Assembly: GCA_964589815.1 (NCBI GenBank)
Contig: CAZPUR010000003.1
Span: 42,554-106,553 of the forward strand
Direction: 5' to 3'
DNA length: 64,000 bases
From: an uncultured Pseudomonadales bacterium
Lineage (GTDB): Bacteria > Patescibacteriota > Microgenomatia > UBA1400
Part shown: positions 60,007-64,000 of the stretch, in pieces
Numbering within the stretch: position 1 is the first letter of the stretch
Layout of the letters: each line of letters begins with the position of its first letter
Translations under genes and position numbers: made by a program
The notes under the pieces: model-generated
The model's input: the letters and a program-made list of their open reading frames with translations, nothing else
Databases searched by the model: none
What the model was told of the DNA's origin: nothing

Positions 60007-60261
60007 ATGGATTCATTAGATGGCTACTTACCCAATCTTTTAACTCCTAAAGAAGTCAAGGTTTTTCAAAAAAGATATAGAATTGTTCAATTATTAAAAA
60101 CCAATTTAACTTACCGGAAAATTGCTCGGCAAATGGGTATCAGTACTACCACTGTTGTCCGCTTAAATCAAAGATTAAAAATCAGAACCCGCCAAAAGCA
60201 CCAAGTGCATTTAGGCGGACAAGAGAAAAAAAATAAAAAACTGCCTTGGAAGTTCGGCTAA
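60007..60261 (+). CDS. second TrpR-like YerC/YecD-family protein
   Basis: LTPKEVKVFQKRYRIVQLLKTNLTYRKIARQMGISTTTVVRLNQ. Confidence 0.65.
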   Translation: MDSLDGYLPNLLTPKEVKVFQKRYRIVQLLKTNLTYRKIARQMGISTTTVVRLNQRLKIRTRQKHQVHLGGQEKKNKKLPWKFG

Positions 60262-60266
60262 AATCT

Positions 60267-61076
60267 ATGTTCAAATTAAAAAAATATCTTCAAATCAGCA
60301 AAATGTCTTGGCAGACCAATTTTATCTATCGATTAAATTTTCTGATGTGGCGCATCCGCACCGTTATTTTGCTTCTGAGCACTTATTTTTTCTGGTATGC
60401 CGTTTATCGTTTTAATTCCCAAGTCGGTCCTTATGATGAAAAAATGATGCTGACCTATATTTTACTTAGTTCTGTTTTGCATTCCTTGGTTTTAGCTTCC
60501 CAGAGTTTTCAAATTGCCCAGGATATTGCCACCGGCAAATTAAACCGTCGTTTGGTTAAACCCATCAATTATTTAAAGACAATGATGGCTTTGGATTTTG
60601 GCGATAAAGCCTCCAATTTATTTTTTCTTTTTTTTGAGCTTTTATTGATTTTTATCATTCTGAGACCGCCATTTTTTATTCAAACCAATCCTTTTTACCT
60701 CTTCAGCTTTTTGGCGGTTTCGCTTTTAAGCCTTTTTATTTATTTTTATTTAAGTCTTTTGGTAAGTTTAGTCACTTTTTGGTATCCGGAAGATTATGGC
60801 TGGCCAGCCAGATTTTTGTTTATGGTGGTTAATAATTTTTTGTCCGGTGCCTTGTTGCCTTTAGACATTTTTCCTAGCGTTATTTTCCATTTTTTACGTC
60901 TCTTGCCGCCAGCTTATTTTATTTTCTTTCCCCTTCAAGTTTATTTGGGGAAAATCAACCACGTTCAGGTTTGGCAAGGTGTTTTAGTGATGGTGTTTTG
61001 GGTTTTTATTTTAAAGATTTTAAGCCGTTTTTTTTGGCAAAAAGGGCTTAAAAATTATAATGCCGTCGGCATATGA
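60267..61076 (+). CDS. ABC-2-type transporter permease
   Basis: Six TM segments; operon with the ATPase at 58962. Confidence 0.7.
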   Translation: MFKLKKYLQISKMSWQTNFIYRLNFLMWRIRTVILLLSTYFFWYAVYRFNSQVGPYDEKMMLTYILLSSVLHSLVLASQSFQIAQDIATGKLNRRLVKPINYLKTMMALDFGDKASNLFFLFFELLLIFIILRPPFFIQTNPFYLFSFLAVSLLSLFIYFYLSLLVSLVTFWYPEDYGWPARFLFMVVNNFLSGALLPLDIFPSVIFHFLRLLPPAYFIFFPLQVYLGKINHVQVWQGVLVMVFWVFILKILSRFFWQKGLKNYNAVGI

Positions 61077-61852
61077 ATTTTAAAAAATATTTTTCCGTCT
61101 GGCGCCAGACGACCATTTTATCTTTAGAATCAAAGCTTTCCCGTCGTTTCAGCTCGCTTATTTTTATTTTGGGCAAGTTTATCCGCTTTGGTTTTTATAT
61201 TTTTTCCCTGATAGTAATTTTAGGCAAGACCGATAAAATAGCTGGTTTTAACATCACTCAAATGATCAACTTCTTTTTGATTTTTAATTTATTTGATTTG
61301 GTAGGCCAATTTTTTTTCCGCGGTATTTACTGGCTTAAAGGCAAAATTGTTAGTGGCACCTTTGATTTGACCTTGCTCAAGCCGGCCAGTCCTCTTTTTC
61401 AAACCCTGATTACTGACACTGATCTTCTGGATTTTCCCTTGCTTTTTATGGTGGTGGTGATGTTGATTAAACAAAATCTCAATATTTCCTTAATCAACTT
61501 GCTTTTATTTTTACTTCTTTTTCTGGTAGCTTTCTCCATTATTACCTCAATCCATATTTTAATTGCTTCTTTAGGCGTGATTACCACCGAAGTCGATAAC
61601 ACCATTTGGATTTACCGCGATTTAACTTTACTGGCCCGGGTACCGGTTGATATTTATATGGATTCGGTTCGGGCTTTTCTCACTTTTGTTTTGCCCATTG
61701 CCGTGGTTTTTACTTTTCCGGCCAAAGCTCTGATGGGTCTTTTATCCTGGTCGTGGATTTTTTATTCCTTAATTTTTGCCCTTTTATTTTTTATTTTTGC
61801 TCTTAAAGTCTGGCGCTTCGCTCTGACCAAATATTCCAGTGCTTCTTCTTAA
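61073..61852 (+). CDS. ABC-2-type transporter permease, second subunit
   Basis: Polytopic protein; ATGA overlap. Confidence 0.7.
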   Translation: MNFKKYFSVWRQTTILSLESKLSRRFSSLIFILGKFIRFGFYIFSLIVILGKTDKIAGFNITQMINFFLIFNLFDLVGQFFFRGIYWLKGKIVSGTFDLTLLKPASPLFQTLITDTDLLDFPLLFMVVVMLIKQNLNISLINLLLFLLLFLVAFSIITSIHILIASLGVITTEVDNTIWIYRDLTLLARVPVDIYMDSVRAFLTFVLPIAVVFTFPAKALMGLLSWSWIFYSLIFALLFFIFALKVWRFALTKYSSASS

Positions 61853-61893
61853 AAATGACCAAATCTCAAATGGTTCTTGGTGCTTGGAATTTA
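61853..61893 (+). repeat. minimal copy C3 of the ACCAAAT/ATTTGGT foldback family (termini only)
   Basis: 61853-64 is identical to 33901-12 (12 nt). 61877-93 is identical to 34015-31 (17 nt). The ~100-nt interior is absent. Confidence 0.75.
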
Positions 61894-61950
61894 TTTAGAT
61901 TAATTAGGTTAATTAGAAATTAGATTAATTTTCTTATATAATTCATTAAT

Positions 61951-62202
61951 ATGATGGTAAAAAAATCTAAATCCTCTCCAATTTGGCTTATTGTTTTGCT
62001 TTGCGCCATTATTCTGCTTTTGTATGCGATTATCACTTCAGTTAAACATCAGAGCGCGGTTGATAGCCTTAATCAACAAATTCAAACATTAAGAGAAGAA
62101 GTTGAGGAGCAAAGAAAAGTAAAAATTGCTCCTTTACCTGAACCTGAGGTTACTCCCGAAGCTACTAGTTCGGCCAGTCTGGCTCCCAAAACATCACCTT
62201 AA
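61951..62202 (+). CDS. small membrane-anchored hypothetical protein
   Basis: One TM segment, a coiled segment and a Pro/Glu-rich tail. Confidence 0.45.
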   Translation: MMVKKSKSSPIWLIVLLCAIILLLYAIITSVKHQSAVDSLNQQIQTLREEVEEQRKVKIAPLPEPEVTPEATSSASLAPKTSP

Positions 62203-62205
62203 AAT

Positions 62206-62991
62206 TTACTCCAGTCTAGCCAGCCCTTTTTCTTTACTTTTTTTAAAACACCATTTAAAAAAGAAATAAGCAAGGGCAATATAAATTAAATTAAGTAAAA
62301 AACTTGCCGTTAAATTGATATAAGAAATTTGCCCTTTTTGGACTACCTCTCTCATGCCTTCAAAAATATAAGAAGAAGGAATAATTTGGGCAATTTTTTG
62401 GGCCCAACTAGGTAGTGAGCTGACCGGATAGTAAATGGCCGAAAAAGGCGCCAGTAAAAATACTCCTGACCAGGCAATTGTCTCAATTCTCTGACCAAAC
62501 CTTAATAAAAGACCGCCCACGATTAACCCAGCCCACCAGCCTACGATTAAAAGACTGATAAAAAAGGGAATCAACAACCAGCCAAAGGTAAACAGATTGA
62601 CTGAATATAAAAGCCAAACCAGCAAGATGGAAAAACCTATGGCGCCAATCATTTTAATCACTCCCAATAAAATCAGGGCCATTATCCATTCATTTACAGT
62701 CAAAGGCGTAGAAAAAAGATTAACTAAATTTCGATTCCATAGCTCGTCCAACAAATTAACACTAATCTCATACTGCCCTCGCCATATTATTTGCCAAAAA
62801 ACCAAACCTGAAAGCAAAACTAAAATAAGATTACTGACTTCTCCGCCGGCCTTTTGGATATATTGACTGGTTAGACCCCACAAAATAATATCCATGGCCG
62901 GCCAGTAAAAACTATCCGAAAGACGGTTTAAATTATGTTTAAAAGTATAAAAATGCCTGACAATCACTGCCAGGACCCGATTAAAATTCAT
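62206..62991 (-). CDS. ABC-2-type transporter permease
   Basis: Six TM segments; overlaps the ATPase gene. Confidence 0.75.
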   Translation of the reverse strand: MNFNRVLAVIVRHFYTFKHNLNRLSDSFYWPAMDIILWGLTSQYIQKAGGEVSNLILVLLSGLVFWQIIWRGQYEISVNLLDELWNRNLVNLFSTPLTVNEWIMALILLGVIKMIGAIGFSILLVWLLYSVNLFTFGWLLIPFFISLLIVGWWAGLIVGGLLLRFGQRIETIAWSGVFLLAPFSAIYYPVSSLPSWAQKIAQIIPSSYIFEGMREVVQKGQISYINLTASFLLNLIYIALAYFFFKWCFKKSKEKGLARLE

Positions 62992-63896
62992 GTTTTTTTT
63001 ACGATTTCTAAAAAGAAATCTTCTAAAGTTGGTCTTAGAATCTCGATTTCTTCATAACGGACTTTTTGGTCAGAGAGTTGATAAAGAACTTTGGGAATAA
63101 TTTTTTCATCTAAACTAAAAAAAACTTTTCCTTTTTTCCAGCTAAATTCAATTTTTCTGTCCTTTAAATATTTTTCCAAAACCTCTTTTCCTTGGCTAAT
63201 TATCATTTCAATCTTAGCCTTTTTAAGTTTTCTAATTAAACCCAAAGGGGTATCATGGGCAATGATTTTTCCTTTATTCAAGAATATGATTCGGTCGCAG
63301 AGTCCTTGAACCTCCATTAGATTATGAGAGGTAAAAAGCATGGCTACTTCATATTCTTTTTGCTGTTTAACTAAAAACTGCCTGACTTTAACGGCAATCT
63401 CCGGGTCTAAAGAAGCTGTAGGTTCGTCCAAAATCAGCAAACGAGGATAATTGATAAAGGCTTTGGTTAACAAAACACGGGTTTTTTGTCCAGCCGATAA
63501 TTTACTCATCGCCTTTTTTCTTAAGTGCCAAACTTCAAATTCTTGCAAAAGTTTTTTTATTCTTTTGTCCCTGTTTTTCACTTCATAAAGGCGAGCATAA
63601 ATATTTAAATTCTCCTTAACGGTTAATAACCAAGGAAGGTCAATATAAGCAGAAGAAAAATTGACTTTATGCAAAATTTCTCTGTTTTTATCACTGAATT
63701 TTTCTCCAAAATAAAAAATCTCTCCCGCCGTAGGCGTCAGCGTGCCTAAAAGCATCTGCGAGGTAGTGGTTTTACCAGCGCCATTCGGACCCAACAAACC
63801 GACAATTTCTCCTTTATTAATTTCAAAAGAAATATCATCAACGGCTTTAGTTTTACCAAAATATTTTTTTAGATTTTTTACCTGCAAAACTGCCAT
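62988..63896 (-). CDS. ABC transporter ATP-binding protein (DrrA-like)
   Basis: GPNGAGKTTT, LSAGQKTRV and LILDEPT motifs. Confidence 0.9.
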   Translation of the reverse strand: MAVLQVKNLKKYFGKTKAVDDISFEINKGEIVGLLGPNGAGKTTTSQMLLGTLTPTAGEIFYFGEKFSDKNREILHKVNFSSAYIDLPWLLTVKENLNIYARLYEVKNRDKRIKKLLQEFEVWHLRKKAMSKLSAGQKTRVLLTKAFINYPRLLILDEPTASLDPEIAVKVRQFLVKQQKEYEVAMLFTSHNLMEVQGLCDRIIFLNKGKIIAHDTPLGLIRKLKKAKIEMIISQGKEVLEKYLKDRKIEFSWKKGKVFFSLDEKIIPKVLYQLSDQKVRYEEIEILRPTLEDFFLEIVKKT

Positions 63897-63902
63897 AAAT
63901 CT

Positions 63903-63911
63903 ATTCTAGCA
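63903..63911 (-). promoter_or_regulatory. extended -10 TGCTAGAAT ending 6 nt before the ATG at 63896 (leaderless candidate)
   Basis: Read on the minus strand. Confidence 0.45.
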
Positions 63912-64000
63912 GGTATTTTTTCTTTTTGAAGTCAGAAAGAAGGATTAATTCACCCTTTTTAAGGCCGCCGAAATAATTTTTACCAATAATTTGTCATAAT

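Overview
AT-rich, gene-dense bacterial fragment. The gene content looks like a Candidate Phyla Radiation / Patescibacteria-type genome: no rpmD between rpsE and rplO, Lys-rich tails on r-proteins, a GT-C/GT2 envelope cluster and anaerobe-type stress genes. Gene order: uvrD-like and rmuC (minus strand); yerC-like, metG, tatD; an envelope glycosylation cluster (GT2, two GT-C, WecA-like, DPPRT-like UbiA); a PEGA/SH3 lipoprotein; GIY-YIG plus tRNA-Cys; rpoB-rpoC-rpsL-rpsG-[tspO]-fusA-tuf and the S10/spc/alpha operons through rplM-rpsI; GIY-YIG plus tRNA-Pro; nudix and small genes; an ArsR regulator flanked by two Cys-rich micro-ORFs; DUF362, cupin, nifU-nifS-rrf2, mnmA; dfx and an H-cluster-like protein; recA-recX-rny-hup; two ABC systems. 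Two real genes are missing from the ORF track: rpmJ, and a 61-codon S14 whose Met position is ATC. Main hunting results: (1) Almost every non-overlapping junction of the r-protein superoperon holds an 80-160 nt A/U-rich foldback module built from tandem sub-repeats. These fall into recurring families (one pair shares 75 identical nt), often end exactly at non-ATG start codons, and in two cases separate a Shine-Dalgarno from its start codon so that only folding brings them together. (2) GC-rich palindromes sit in-frame in conserved genes (tatD, map, rplR, mnmA, uvrD-like), flanked by direct repeats and always read as Pro-Ala-Gly, which resembles Rickettsia RPEs. (3) Two GIY-YIG ORFs each lie just 5' of a tRNA gene, bracketed by a direct repeat of the tRNA 5' end. 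(4) An ArsR/SmtB-type regulator is paired with a 20-aa, 7-Cys peptide gene that has its own consensus promoter, a perfect 12-8-12 operator, an SD and a terminator. All structure, family and promoter calls come from manual reading; no search or folding program was run.
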